Position numbers and translations under genes: made by a program. This document shows positions 34,450 through 34,849 of a DNA stretch of 34,849 nucleotides, piece after piece. Source of the stretch: Octopus sinensis (lineage: Eukaryota). The stretch covers positions 1 to 34,849 of the forward strand of contig NW_021832076.1 in NCBI RefSeq assembly GCF_006345805.1. Reading direction: 5' to 3'. The notes below the pieces were generated by a model. It was not told where the DNA came from and did not search any database. It was given only the letters and a program-made list of their open reading frames with translations. Each line of letters begins with the position of its first letter. Position 1 is the stretch's first letter.

Positions 34450-34677
34450 ATTAATTCATTGATTGTTGAGTGAGTGAGTGACTGAGCGAGTGACTGAGCG
34501 AGTGAGTGAGCGAGTGAATGAGTGGTTTATTGATTGGTCGAAAGATTAATCGTACAATCATTTAGTTAACTGATCAATTATTTGAATAATGATAACAATA
34601 CTAATAGCAGCAGCAACAACAGGAACAAAAGCAGGACCAGCAGCGGTAGCAGCAGCAGTAGTAGTAGTAGTAGTAGC

Positions 34678-34727
<50 letters not shown>

Positions 34728-34761
34728 GTGGTGGTGGTGGTGTGGTGGCGTGGTGGTGATG

Positions 34762-34803
<42 letters not shown>

Positions 34804-34805
34804 AA
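34450..34805. repeat. (GAGT)n, (AGC)n, (AGT)n and (GGT)n microsatellites
   Basis: Read directly from the sequence. Confidence 0.9.
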
Positions 34806-34849
34806 GTTATACCTGTGGCCGGTATCCTATTTGCAGAATGATTCTCCCA

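Overview
Eukaryotic, AT-rich, repeat-saturated genomic DNA that reads as intergenic or intronic. It is most likely from an octopus. This is inferred from the tRNA-headed SINE families and the extreme (TA)n/(CA)n/(TAGA)n/(TACA)n load, and was not confirmed by a search. I recognise no intact host gene, and almost all ORFs in the track are microsatellite artefacts. Supportable content: (1) a decayed, internally deleted Helitron (19938-21976) with the N-terminal region and the C-terminal part of a PIF1-like helicase but no Rep/HUH domain, plus an intact 395-bp non-autonomous Helitron (33159-33553); (2) two mariner transposase fragments and a pogo/Tigger-like MITE; (3) about 20 SINE copies in several families, which I label A-E for this report only; (4) a tRNA-Leu pseudogene; (5) up to eight type I hammerhead-ribozyme-like motifs of the Penelope/retrozyme kind. 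The main find is a near-perfect 495-bp foldback (2982-3476) whose two arms each carry a complete hammerhead ribozyme, in opposite orientations. Two further foldbacks share its layout, with the right arm ending at a (TA)n tract.
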